Source: an uncultured virus (IMG/VR IMGVR_UViG_3300014666_000034)
Lineage: Duplodnaviria > Heunggongvirae > Uroviricota > Caudoviricetes
Virus record (IMG/VR): IMGVR_UViG_3300014666_000034
Coordinates: 1-64,000 of that record
DNA: 64,000 nt
Strand: one strand, 5' to 3'
Position 1 is the stretch's first letter. The number at the start of each line of letters is the position of its first letter. The notes under the pieces are model-generated. The model worked only from the letters and a program-made list of their open reading frames with translations, ran no database searches and was not told the DNA's origin. Of this stretch, positions 19,872 to 29,510 are shown piece by piece. The translations under genes were made by a program, and so were the position numbers.

Positions 19872-20093
19872 TTACACCGTTTCACACGGCAATAGTATCC
19901 ATTTGGCATTTTTATGTATTTTTAATTTTGAAGAAATAAAGTCTGAAACTTCTTCAACTGGCTTATCTACATTTTCTAATACACGAAAGTCAAATGCATC
20001 ATCATCATCAATACACATCACTTTTAGAAATTGTCGTTCAGTAATAATGTTACCTTCATCTGTACTCAAAGCCTTGTCCATACTCATGCCCAT
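19872..20093 (-). CDS. Hypothetical protein
   Basis: 73 aa, GGAGG RBS. Confidence 0.55.
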   Translation of the reverse strand: MGMSMDKALSTDEGNIITERQFLKVMCIDDDDAFDFRVLENVDKPVEEVSDFISSKLKIHKNAKWILLPCETV

Positions 20094-20109
20094 ACCTCCA
20101 TAAAATATA

Positions 20110-20313
20110 TTATCTTTTTATAACAAACAATTCAAAAGGACACACCCCCAAAGCTTTAGACAGGAGCCATGCAGTTATTAATGTGACATTTTGAGGATTG
20201 TTATTTTCTATATTTGTTATAGTAGTGTGATGTAAACCAGTTTTGCGTGATAGATCATGTACGCTCATATTTCTGGCAATACGATATTTTAGCAAATTGT
20301 TATCAATATGCAT
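20110..20313 (-). CDS. XRE-family HTH regulator
   Basis: LLKYRIARNMSVHDLSRKTGLHHTTITNIENN...LSKALGV. Confidence 0.85.
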   Translation of the reverse strand: MHIDNNLLKYRIARNMSVHDLSRKTGLHHTTITNIENNNPQNVTLITAWLLSKALGVCPFELFVIKR

Positions 20314-20492
20314 AACTATACCTCGTTAAATTGAAGTCCTATTATTGTTATCTGGTATAGTATTTGTATGTGTACGTTTGTTTATCATGGTAAAATTATA
20401 CAATAAATATTGGTTAACCTTTTAACCATTATGTGTGATATAATTGGGGATTGGGAGCGTTTGTATATAACATACTAAATCGATGTGTATGT

Positions 20493-21032
20493 TTAACTCA
20501 TAATAATATTTTTAGAAAGAAATTTATCAATATCCCATATGTATTTAATTCGTTTTTTATTTCCAGTAATTTCGATAGGATTGTATTTCAATAAGTCCTT
20601 TTCATTAAAAGATTTTTTATTTATTTCACTTATCATTTTTACAAAATCGCAAATACTCTGATAGTATGTGATTTCTTTTCCAGATTCCTCATTTCTAAAA
20701 TTGAATAGAAATCCTGCAAACACGTTTGCATATTTTCCATACTCTATGAGCGCCACGATTTGATGTTTATGTATCATTTTTGATGGCTGTTTGCCCTCTA
20801 TACTTATATCTTCAAAGCTGAAGGCATTATTTTTCGTAGTCTTCAATTCAAGACAATAAAAGATAAAAGAGTGACTATCAAATATGAAACAGTCACATGG
20901 GTTCTTCCAACTAAATCGTAGAGATGAAGATTGATTGAAACTCTGTGGGGGATCTGGTAATCGATAGTATAAACAATAATCCGGAATCGAAGCTTTTATA
21001 GCACTTTCAAAATGCTTTCCTGAGTTGATAAT
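20493..21032 (-). CDS. RecU-like Holliday junction resolvase (probable ATT/ATC start)
   Basis: Frame is open upstream of the tracked TTG: NSGKHFESAIKAS...YYRLPD...NPCDCFIF...LELKTT (PD-(D/E)xK); RBS GGAAGGTG. Confidence 0.7.
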   Translation of the reverse strand: MINSGKHFESAIKASIPDYCLYYRLPDPPQSFNQSSSLRFSWKNPCDCFIFDSHSFIFYCLELKTTKNNAFSFEDISIEGKQPSKMIHKHQIVALIEYGKYANVFAGFLFNFRNEESGKEITYYQSICDFVKMISEINKKSFNEKDLLKYNPIEITGNKKRIKYIWDIDKFLSKNIIMS

Positions 21033-21100
21033 TTCACCTTCCTTTTCTGTAAAATAAAAACTCCACCAGATTAACCAGTGGAGTTGTATTTCATATTATT

Positions 21101-21871
21101 TTAATCAGTCACCAAATCTTTATCATAATATCCATCCTTGCGAAGAAGCTTACGAATGTATTCTAATCCCTTTTTAGTAACATATGTAACTGGCCTATAT
21201 TTTCCGTCAGCACATGGTGTTTCTACGACTGCGAATAGATTTTGTGTCATAAATCTCTGATATGGAACATTTGAATTATCCTGATAGAATAAAATACCTT
21301 TTCCACGAAGATAAGACAACATGGTATTTCTGCCGATTTTTAGTTGTTTGGCTACCATATTTGTGTGATACAACCCTTCTGTATTCATAAGATCATCATA
21401 AAATTGCTTAAGTTCTTTATTGGTATCGGCTAACTCAGTAATGATTTTATCTTTTAATTCTCCCGAGATCGATGGAAGGTAATATTCTATAAATTTCTTT
21501 TCCATACCATTTTCGATAGAACCACCAGTAAGTCTTATCTTCTTTAAGTGAGATGATATTTCTCTGCGATAAATTTTAGCCTCATTCTTACGAGACTGCA
21601 TCAAGACATCATACATAGCATCTTCTGATATGAACAGTGACTTTTGATTGCCGCCAGGGGTGTATTTTAAAAATATACCCTTCTCAGTCTCAGGAATATC
21701 CGCTTGTTTTAGCATCTGACTTACATTTTGCACATTTATCCAACCAGCAATTTCTTTTGCTTCAAACAGCGGGTCTTCAATACTCCGATAAAGTTTTACA
21801 GATTTTCCTAATACCTTTGTTTCATTAATAACTTCTAATAATTCGATTTCTTTCATTATTAATTCCTCCAT
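21101..21871 (-). CDS. Phage antirepressor (Bro-N + KilAC-like)
   Basis: DPLFEAKEIAGWI...FISEDAMYDVLMQSRK; AKQLKIGRNTMLSYLR...YVTKKGLEYIRK. Confidence 0.85.
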   Translation of the reverse strand: MEELIMKEIELLEVINETKVLGKSVKLYRSIEDPLFEAKEIAGWINVQNVSQMLKQADIPETEKGIFLKYTPGGNQKSLFISEDAMYDVLMQSRKNEAKIYRREISSHLKKIRLTGGSIENGMEKKFIEYYLPSISGELKDKIITELADTNKELKQFYDDLMNTEGLYHTNMVAKQLKIGRNTMLSYLRGKGILFYQDNSNVPYQRFMTQNLFAVVETPCADGKYRPVTYVTKKGLEYIRKLLRKDGYYDKDLVTD

Positions 21872-22088
21872 TCTTTATCCTCTGCTTTAGTAGAAGAGTA
21901 GTGAACGTGGTCAGAGGATTCCCACTTCATCGGGTAATTAGGCCGATTATTCACTACCCAAGAGATGAGTTCAATAACCTCTCATCTTACAGATATGAAA
22001 ATACCTGTATCAACTTATTGTTGCTCATACAGATATTCTCCGTTTAAATACCAAAAGAGCGACTTCGAAATGAAATCGCCCTTTCAAC

Positions 22089-22598
22089 TTAAAATCCATT
22101 TTTTAATTTTTCCTTATATGACTCGTTGATGATATCCATACTAAGAGTCACTTCACCATTTGTAAGATTGTTCTTTTTTAATAATTCCTCATACTTGGTG
22201 AATATTTTTAAACAGTGGCGATAACCGTCCTGATTACATGGTTTTCCTTCAGATATTTTAATTGCGAAATTGATAATCTCTAAACGCATTGTATCAATTT
22301 CTCTACTAATAAACATGTCTTTTAATTCTGCTAAATCATTTCTTATTGCTTCGTCATGCTTAATAGATTCTTCAACGTCTATGTTGCGCTGGTTTTTCAG
22401 ATCAACTAACTCATTAGCTGTTTTTATTAATAACTCATGATCTTCCCTCTTTTTTCTTAACCACTTAAATTCTATTCCAGTTTTATCGGCAATCCACTCC
22501 AGAAGAGTAACAATACCTTTGAATCCTGTAAAAATTATAAGTATGCTAGATAATACAAGCGGAAAATCAACTTGTAATAGTGCCTTTATCTCGCTCAC
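22089..22598 (-). CDS. Membrane protein next to holin (possible lysis accessory)
   Basis: N-terminal TM helix; C-terminal KYEELL...NGEV motif seen in phage lysis-region proteins. Confidence 0.65.
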   Translation of the reverse strand: MSEIKALLQVDFPLVLSSILIIFTGFKGIVTLLEWIADKTGIEFKWLRKKREDHELLIKTANELVDLKNQRNIDVEESIKHDEAIRNDLAELKDMFISREIDTMRLEIINFAIKISEGKPCNQDGYRHCLKIFTKYEELLKKNNLTNGEVTLSMDIINESYKEKLKNGF

Positions 22599-22632
22599 GC
22601 ATTATGTACCATGCCTTTCTATAGCCTTACAG

Positions 22633-22887
22633 TTACTTCTTTTCCAAGTACTGTTTAAATACCTGATGAAGACCGGTACTTGCTAATCCACTTACCATGC
22701 CCCCAAGTGCAATTTGTGGACTAACAGTCCAACCATTAATCCATGAAGCAAGGAAAATGCCCAATACCGCACAAATGGTAGGAATATACTTATTATCTAC
22801 ATCTGTTACCCATTGTTTAATTACATAACCAGTACAAAGACAAATGCCAAGTACAACTGGTAGCATATATTCATTTAAAAATTCCAT
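22633..22887 (-). CDS. Phage holin
   Basis: 84 aa, 3 hydrophobic segments; DNKYIPTIC..LG, GLASTGLHQVFKQ. Confidence 0.88.
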   Translation of the reverse strand: MEFLNEYMLPVVLGICLCTGYVIKQWVTDVDNKYIPTICAVLGIFLASWINGWTVSPQIALGGMVSGLASTGLHQVFKQYLEKK

Positions 22888-23027
22888 GATAAAACCTCCT
22901 TGTTACTTTGAATAATAGGAAAATGGCAAACCTTCCTGTCTATTGGAAATATCAATTTCCTCACGGGTATGTTATCCACTTTTACATGTATTGTCTTACA
23001 TAACCTCATCTAATATTGTCTCTTTAT

Positions 23028-23201
23028 TTATGAATAGAATTCCGATAACGCTTTGAAAAGCCTTTTATTCTTTTCATATTTGTAAGTAATTAATCCATTT
23101 ATTTTCTTCACAAAAGTATATTTAATGCCTTTTCCTGTAAGATAATTTACCTCTGCTAGATATTGGCTTTGATATTCCTTATCAAATTTTGTTTCGTATA
23201 T
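23028..23201 (-). CDS. Small phage protein (57 aa, apparent ATA start)
   Basis: GGAGG-7 nt-ATA; FDKEYQSQYLAEVNYLTGKGIKYTFVK; absent from the ORF track. Confidence 0.55.
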   Translation of the reverse strand: MYETKFDKEYQSQYLAEVNYLTGKGIKYTFVKKINGLITYKYEKNKRLFKALSEFYS

Positions 23202-23286
23202 AATATATCCTCCTTTCCAAGACGTAAAAAATAGGGATATGCAAATGATTGAATATGCATATCCCTCACACTATACAATTCAATCA

Positions 23287-23487
23287 CTATTTTATATTTT
23301 CAGATACTTTAATTTCTTTGATCTTAAAAATTCCGTTCTCATTAGATAAATCAACGTACCTTCCTTCATACTGCTTTACCTTATGCTTCGCATCAAAAAC
23401 AATGTCGGTTTTCATTTTGTCAATTGTAACTATAATTGAATCATAACCATAGGTTCCTTCTACTACTTTTTCAATCTTAACTTTCAC
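23287..23487 (-). CDS. Hypothetical protein
   Basis: 66 aa, AGGAGG RBS, GTG start. Confidence 0.65.
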   Translation of the reverse strand: MKVKIEKVVEGTYGYDSIIVTIDKMKTDIVFDAKHKVKQYEGRYVDLSNENGIFKIKEIKVSENIK

Positions 23488-23520
23488 TAATAGTCCTCCT
23501 ATAACAGCAAGAGATGAGCA

Positions 23521-24321
23521 TTATGCCCATCTCGTCATCTGAATCATAGTAGAACTGCTTGCAGCCTTCATGATCTCACATTCAAATGAGGTTGGCTGCG
23601 GATCTCCTTCAGCAGAGAAGTCTAGATTAAGATTAGAACTCCATTTCAAGTTAGGTATTACAACCTGGAATGCTTCATCTTTTCCTGTCTCCCTATTTCT
23701 GATTACTGTGTTGCCTACCAGCTTATATGTACCACTAAAGTGAGAAGCATCAATTACGTAAGTTTCTGTAGTGGCGGCACTTGCAAATGTATAATAAACA
23801 ATAACTTTTTTGTTTGATGCCGCAGCTACAGTTAAAGTCTTACCGGTGAGCTGTGCTCCGGTCATTGCAATTGGAGTACCGCAATCATCGCTAGCTTCAT
23901 ATACCAAAATCTGACTCGCTGCTTCCTTTGGAACATAAGCCAGTTCAATAACACCAGAAGAACTTGCCGTTAAAGGATATAATTCTCCTTTATCTTTGGG
24001 AGTTGCACCAGTAGTGTCAAATTCTGTTGACTGCCTCATATATACTGTCTGAGCCCCCGTTACGGTAGCAACACCAGATATTAATTCAAGGGACTTTGGT
24101 GAGAGTAAGGCGTCTTCAATGGTTAACTTACCTTCCTTATTTAATTCCCAAGTGATAAGCTTCGCATTGCCTTTACCACCTCTTGCGTACACCTTTTCTG
24201 CCGTTACTTCGATAGAAGAGGTCTTTAAAGTATCAAAAAAGATTACTGGTTTACTTGTGGACATATCATAAAGAATTACATCCATAACTTCTTTAGCACC
24301 AAATTTAGTATTAGCACCCAT
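23521..24321 (-). CDS. Major tail tube protein
   Basis: KFGAKEVMDV...VYARGGKGNAKLITW...FSAEGDPQPTSF; position in operon. Confidence 0.8.
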   Translation of the reverse strand: MGANTKFGAKEVMDVILYDMSTSKPVIFFDTLKTSSIEVTAEKVYARGGKGNAKLITWELNKEGKLTIEDALLSPKSLELISGVATVTGAQTVYMRQSTEFDTTGATPKDKGELYPLTASSSGVIELAYVPKEAASQILVYEASDDCGTPIAMTGAQLTGKTLTVAAASNKKVIVYYTFASAATTETYVIDASHFSGTYKLVGNTVIRNRETGKDEAFQVVIPNLKWSSNLNLDFSAEGDPQPTSFECEIMKAASSSTMIQMTRWA

Positions 24322-24372
24322 TATGTTTCCTCCTAATTTTCAATAAAATAAGCCGATACATAAGTACCGACT

Positions 24373-25170
24373 TTAATCATCTTGTTTCTCTATTTTTGAG
24401 AGCCAATGCTGAAGTTTTACATCTTCACTTTTTGCACCAGCCAACAACGCCTGTATATTTACATGAAAATCATCCATTATTTTTAAACGGTTAAATTGAT
24501 TGTTGAATTGATAAATATCGTATCTATCATACACTTCCTGCAACGGCATATGTTCAGCCTGTGCAAATATGCTTATTAAGTCGGTCATATTTATACCATC
24601 ATCTTCTCCGTTTACCCGTTTGGACTTATTTAACTTTTCACGTAGTTTTTTTCGCTTTTCTATTAACTTCTTTGCCATTTCATTGCTTGGATTATCATTT
24701 TCATCTACTCCATTTAAATCAATTAGGCAGTTTCGTTCTTTTAAGATTGTTCTAAAGTCATCATAATTTATGTCATTTAATAAACGTTTTTCATCTTCTC
24801 GATTTCCTATAAAAAATCCGTAGTCTTGATGATATGTAACTTCCTTTTTGAAAAATAGAGATAAAAATGATGGTATAGTAACACTTAATAAACTATCAAG
24901 CTCGCTTGCTTTTAATTGTCCACATTTTATAGAATTTTGTTCTTGTAAAATGCTTATCATTATAAGCATGAATGTAGATGGATTCTCTATAACACCATTT
25001 AGCAATTCACTTGCTTTATCGTCGTCCATGCACAAAATAGATATTGCGCTTTGAAGTTTTGTAAATCCAATGTCAGCCATTTCTCCTAGTGATATTTTAT
25101 ATGTTGGTATGTCGCCTAGTAATAATGGGCTACCCCTGAGCAATTTGTGTTCTAGATCATATTTGTTCAA
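24373..25170 (-). CDS. Conserved morphogenesis protein (tail assembly region)
   Basis: 265 aa between terminator-like gene and tail tube; DIYQFNNQFNRL...LLAGAK motif. Confidence 0.6.
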   Translation of the reverse strand: MNKYDLEHKLLRGSPLLLGDIPTYKISLGEMADIGFTKLQSAISILCMDDDKASELLNGVIENPSTFMLIMISILQEQNSIKCGQLKASELDSLLSVTIPSFLSLFFKKEVTYHQDYGFFIGNREDEKRLLNDINYDDFRTILKERNCLIDLNGVDENDNPSNEMAKKLIEKRKKLREKLNKSKRVNGEDDGINMTDLISIFAQAEHMPLQEVYDRYDIYQFNNQFNRLKIMDDFHVNIQALLAGAKSEDVKLQHWLSKIEKQDD

Positions 25171-25182
25171 GAAGCCACCGCC

Positions 25183-25662
25183 TTACAATTTATTGTCTAT
25201 ATTAAATTCTGGACAGGTATATATTAATTGTCTACCATAGAACTCTTTATTTGGCACAAGATATGTTGCAGACTGTAATCTCAATCTCCCCAAACCAAAG
25301 TTGTTTGAACTATTTAATAGTCTATCAACCATATCTGTGAGAATATCTGCTCTTGTTCCTAAATATCCACTTTTAGAATATTTCATAATTCCTCTATGAC
25401 AATAGCACCATATAATAACTTTCATATCCTTATAAGAAAAATCCATTGTACGAGGCACGTCAACCTCTACACAGACATATGAACATTGTTGAGTTTGGGT
25501 ATCATCTATGTAGAGATACGGAAATATATGTTTATACGTCAAAAGTTCATCAACGTTCTCTTTATCATAATTTTTACCGAGAATTAATTCTGCAACGTCT
25601 TCAGATTGGACGATAGAAGAAAATAATCTGTTTTTATATTTTCCAATATCTCTTAATGTCAA
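25183..25662 (-). CDS. Putative tail terminator / neck protein
   Basis: TTG start after AGGAGG; synteny. Confidence 0.55.
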   Translation of the reverse strand: MTLRDIGKYKNRLFSSIVQSEDVAELILGKNYDKENVDELLTYKHIFPYLYIDDTQTQQCSYVCVEVDVPRTMDFSYKDMKVIIWCYCHRGIMKYSKSGYLGTRADILTDMVDRLLNSSNNFGLGRLRLQSATYLVPNKEFYGRQLIYTCPEFNIDNKL

Positions 25663-25672
25663 ATGATACCTC

Positions 25673-26734
25673 CTAAAATCCTTCAACTAAAGTAATCAGA
25701 ACTTTCGCCACATGATTACTACCAATGGTCACACTCAATAAAAATGACTCGTCAATCAGCGAGTCATCGACTACCTTTAATTTGATTGTTTTACCGCTTA
25801 CTGACCGAATTATCTTATCATCAAAATCACTGGCCACATTCCACTTGAACTCTACATCATTAACGATATTCCTATCTTCATCGGTGAATATTACTGTATA
25901 AGTTCTTTCAAATCCAACCTTTAAGCTGGCATTTCCGCTAATCGTAGCAGATAAATTCGCTGTTTCATTGGGTAGAGTTGGGTCTGTAGGATCTGGATCG
26001 GGTGGGGTAGTGGTTGACGGAACATAACTAGCTATCCATACACTCGTACCATCTCCGAGAGTGACACGTTTATCATACTCTTTGTTGAAGGCATCATATG
26101 AGAGCGTAATAATCATATTACTTCCACGTCCAAAATACTGATTATTATTAAGATTGACCTTACGATTGGTTAATTTATAAACATCTGGTTGCTCTGAATC
26201 ATCTAAGTCAATGGGGAAGCGCATGTCTCTTTTAAGTTGCTTGGTTTCTTCATCAATCGGAAGAGTAAGTCCATACTGATTATCGCCAATAGAGATTGTA
26301 TTATTGGCAGCGACTCCAGAAGTGTATCTCGTAAAATCCTCAGAATAAGCCCAACGTTCAACAATTTCATCTTTTGAATTTTGCCACCTCAACGGTACGG
26401 TGCATAAATACATATACCCAGAATGATATGCTTTTTCATCTGGATCAATTAAAGTCACTAGCCAGTGTTGATTATTCCACTCAATATAGTCTCCTAGATT
26501 AAACGGGGCAGAGTGCTTGGCTTTGATTTTTTTCTTAAAGGTATTTCCTTCTGTATCTCTAGTAATAATCAATTCATACGGTAATCCATTTCTACTAACT
26601 ACATGATAATCAATTGTGTCTGCAAAACGCTCATCGACTTGTTTATTAAGTAAATATAGATCTGTTTCTTGTCTACTAGAAGACTTATAAGTGTTGTTTA
26701 TTTTTTGAAAATACGTAATATCCATAAGCATCAC
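25673..26734 (-). CDS. Putative head closure/neck protein with C-terminal Ig-like domain
   Basis: FNLGDYIEWNNQHWLV; Pro-rich linker and beta-rich C-terminus; synteny. Confidence 0.55.
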   Translation of the reverse strand: MMLMDITYFQKINNTYKSSSRQETDLYLLNKQVDERFADTIDYHVVSRNGLPYELIITRDTEGNTFKKKIKAKHSAPFNLGDYIEWNNQHWLVTLIDPDEKAYHSGYMYLCTVPLRWQNSKDEIVERWAYSEDFTRYTSGVAANNTISIGDNQYGLTLPIDEETKQLKRDMRFPIDLDDSEQPDVYKLTNRKVNLNNNQYFGRGSNMIITLSYDAFNKEYDKRVTLGDGTSVWIASYVPSTTTPPDPDPTDPTLPNETANLSATISGNASLKVGFERTYTVIFTDEDRNIVNDVEFKWNVASDFDDKIIRSVSGKTIKLKVVDDSLIDESFLLSVTIGSNHVAKVLITLVEGF

Positions 26735-27223
26735 CTATTCTGATAGCTGACTATAGTCAATCAGTTTCTTCTTTCCGGTTAATCTATCTACAGAGGAATA
26801 TTGAGAAATTTTTACAATATTTTCATTTTTGATTTCTTTCAACATATCAGTAAATGTTTTTCTTTCGGAAGCGGGAGAGAATTGATTCAAATCACTGGGT
26901 GTCATTGATATTTTAAATGCTTTAAGCAAAGATAAATCTCTGTCAAAATAAACTTCCCTCATTAAATCAGATAAAATCCCCATCTCTTTCCTTGTCAAGT
27001 CAAAGTTAAATTCTGCCATATCTTCACTATAATCAAAAAAATCTACATCAGGTGTGCATTCGTCAACCAATCTTTCGATTGCTTCGTACAAATAATTAAC
27101 CGCCTGACTCTCTGCTAAACCCATGGCTTCATCTAACGAGACATTGTAATAAGAAAAAAAGTCTCTATCTTTCTCTATTTTGCGAAAAAATTTTTGGATT
27201 AAAGAATCAAATGGTGTTGACAA
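26735..27223 (-). CDS. Putative head-tail adaptor
   Basis: MSTPFDSLIQKF...FNFDLT; synteny. Confidence 0.6.
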   Translation of the reverse strand: MSTPFDSLIQKFFRKIEKDRDFFSYYNVSLDEAMGLAESQAVNYLYEAIERLVDECTPDVDFFDYSEDMAEFNFDLTRKEMGILSDLMREVYFDRDLSLLKAFKISMTPSDLNQFSPASERKTFTDMLKEIKNENIVKISQYSSVDRLTGKKKLIDYSQLSE

Positions 27224-27237
27224 TTATATGCACCTCC

Positions 27238-27930
27238 CTAATTCTTCTTAGGTCTTCCGGGTTTCTTAACTGGTTCTTCTTTTGCTTCTTCATCGTCATC
27301 AGAGACAGGGTCGGTATTACTAGATTGTGATGCAAGCATCTTTTCCATTAGTTCCCGCATTTGAGTCATCTGTTCTTGTAAGGCAATATTCTGTTCTTTT
27401 AATGCATCTACTTCCTCATTCTGAATTACAGAAGCGGTATCTTTCGGTTTAATAACGATTTCGGTATTACGAATACCTCTACGTAACTCATCCGATCTTG
27501 CGTTAATAATTCTTTCTACGCGCATAGAAATGTCGCTATTGGTAGTATTTTTTAATCTGGTAAATACACCTCTAAGTCTATCAAATGTTCCTACGTCTTT
27601 TATTCCAACCAGTTTAACTAACTTCTCCATGGTTGGACGTAAGATAATATCCTCCATTTCTTTAATGGTTAGCAAATCTCTCCAATTGGGAATTCGCAAG
27701 TGATCTTCATACATTTCCTTTTCGATGTCTTCTGGAAATCTTAAAATACCACTCTTAAATGCAGCGGAGTTTCCGTTGATATAAAGTATTTCCTCTAAGT
27801 TAAGTGGGAGAATAGTAGGGGTTTCACTGTCGATCGCTGGTTCAATAGCGTAACTATCATGCTTCGTAGATACTACAACGACATTTTCATTGTAATTAAG
27901 CAGATTAATCGTTTTCATATCTTTAATCAT
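27238..27930 (-). CDS. Head morphogenesis-region protein
   Basis: 230 aa after MCP; C-terminal coiled coil and KKPGRPKK. Confidence 0.65.
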   Translation of the reverse strand: MIKDMKTINLLNYNENVVVVSTKHDSYAIEPAIDSETPTILPLNLEEILYINGNSAAFKSGILRFPEDIEKEMYEDHLRIPNWRDLLTIKEMEDIILRPTMEKLVKLVGIKDVGTFDRLRGVFTRLKNTTNSDISMRVERIINARSDELRRGIRNTEIVIKPKDTASVIQNEEVDALKEQNIALQEQMTQMRELMEKMLASQSSNTDPVSDDDEEAKEEPVKKPGRPKKN

Positions 27931-27979
27931 TTCTATCCATCCTTTTTATTAGGAGAGGACTGGCCTCTCCTTTATTTTT

Positions 27980-28972
27980 TTATTTTGCCATTGTAATTTT
28001 AGCAATTTTTTCAATGTCGGTAATGCAATATCCATACTCAAATCCAGTAATCTTTACATTAACCTTCTCTTCGTTGTTATCCATTGTTTCATAAACTCTG
28101 AGATCGCCCTTCTGATCGAGAGTTCCAATCTTACCTGCAACACCGAAAATTTTCTTATCAGGAAGGAGATAGGAACCAGATACAAGTTTCTTTGCACCAG
28201 AAATAGATGCGATATTAATACCATCATTAAAGTTTACAAGTCCATATCTGTTGAAGTTATTTTTCATATCTTCAGACATATATTGTGTATATCCAGTCAT
28301 TCTTCCAAGCGCCTGAGCATATTTAGAAAGAGTAACAGCCACGGGAGCTGAATCTCTGTCTAATAAATATAACCCAAACTTGTCCCAAGTTGTAAGTGTT
28401 GGCGCTGCTTCAGTTTCTGTAATCGCCTGTTCTCCACCGGTGATAGCGTTATCTACAGTAGTAAACAAGTCATAGAACTGTTTATTTCTTAACGCCTCTA
28501 CTGCGTAATTAGTCAATAGAGCAACAGACTTAAATCCGTTTCGTCTCATCTCAATATACGGAAGTTCAAATTCTACCTGCGCAGATTTCCAAGTAGGTTT
28601 TAAAGAGGCAAAATCGATATAGGATTTATCAACATTACCACCAATTACCGCATCGTATGCTTCCATAGTGTTCTTTGGAGTTTTATCCACTGCATAATCA
28701 TCAAATTCTCCAACCGTTCCTCTATCAAATAATCTGTCTAACAATTCATCTGGAGCATTGTATACTTCATCGATAGCGGTTCTTTTAATAAAAGCTGCAA
28801 TTTCGCAGTCTTTATCATTTCCATTAGATGCAATCTCTTTTACCCAAGCATCGCAAATTTCACATACCTCTTTTTCTTCTGCAGAAAGATTTCTATTGTA
28901 TGTAATTTTCTGGGCGATACTAAAAACCTGACCGTCCTTGTTCATTAATTCGGCAACTTCTGTTTTTAACAT
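27980..28972 (-). CDS. Major capsid protein
   Basis: 330 aa from ATG after GGAGG; follows protease/scaffold and decoration genes. Confidence 0.75.
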   Translation of the reverse strand: MLKTEVAELMNKDGQVFSIAQKITYNRNLSAEEKEVCEICDAWVKEIASNGNDKDCEIAAFIKRTAIDEVYNAPDELLDRLFDRGTVGEFDDYAVDKTPKNTMEAYDAVIGGNVDKSYIDFASLKPTWKSAQVEFELPYIEMRRNGFKSVALLTNYAVEALRNKQFYDLFTTVDNAITGGEQAITETEAAPTLTTWDKFGLYLLDRDSAPVAVTLSKYAQALGRMTGYTQYMSEDMKNNFNRYGLVNFNDGINIASISGAKKLVSGSYLLPDKKIFGVAGKIGTLDQKGDLRVYETMDNNEEKVNVKITGFEYGYCITDIEKIAKITMAK

Positions 28973-29047
28973 TTTTGTTCCTCCATTCGATTTTTTGCAT
29001 AAAAATAACGGCAATCATTTTGCCGTTTCAGATTGATATTTATTTAA

Positions 29048-29494
29048 TTATTCAACTACTTCAATAACATGAAGAGTATGGGTGTCAATTACCTTAGTTC
29101 CTCGGTACACAAATCTTGTAGCGTTTTCAGATTTCTCAAACTTACCATTACTACCAAGTGCTAAATAATCTCCTTTAACAGCTCCGGCAGTAAACTGATC
29201 GGTTGCATATCTCTCAGGGAATTCCGGAGGTACAAGTTTAAGACCATTACCCGCTTTAATTTTCATAAACATTTCTTCATAATCGGAAAATTCACCAAGT
29301 CCAGCGTAAATTCCCTCAGCTCGCTTTTCTTTAGTTACAAGAAACACTCCCTTATCCGTAGGAGCATCTGGAAAACCTACTTCCCTATCCTTTGTATAAT
29401 CTTTTACAACACCCATACCCACTACTACATCAACAGTGGTAATATTTGTAGCATCATATACCTTACCGGTATTTGTCTGTAATTCTCTTAACAT
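29048..29494 (-). CDS. Capsid decoration / cement-like protein
   Basis: 148 aa between scaffold and MCP. Confidence 0.6.
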   Translation of the reverse strand: MLRELQTNTGKVYDATNITTVDVVVGMGVVKDYTKDREVGFPDAPTDKGVFLVTKEKRAEGIYAGLGEFSDYEEMFMKIKAGNGLKLVPPEFPERYATDQFTAGAVKGDYLALGSNGKFEKSENATRFVYRGTKVIDTHTLHVIEVVE

Positions 29495-29510
29495 TTTTAT
29501 ATTCCTCCTT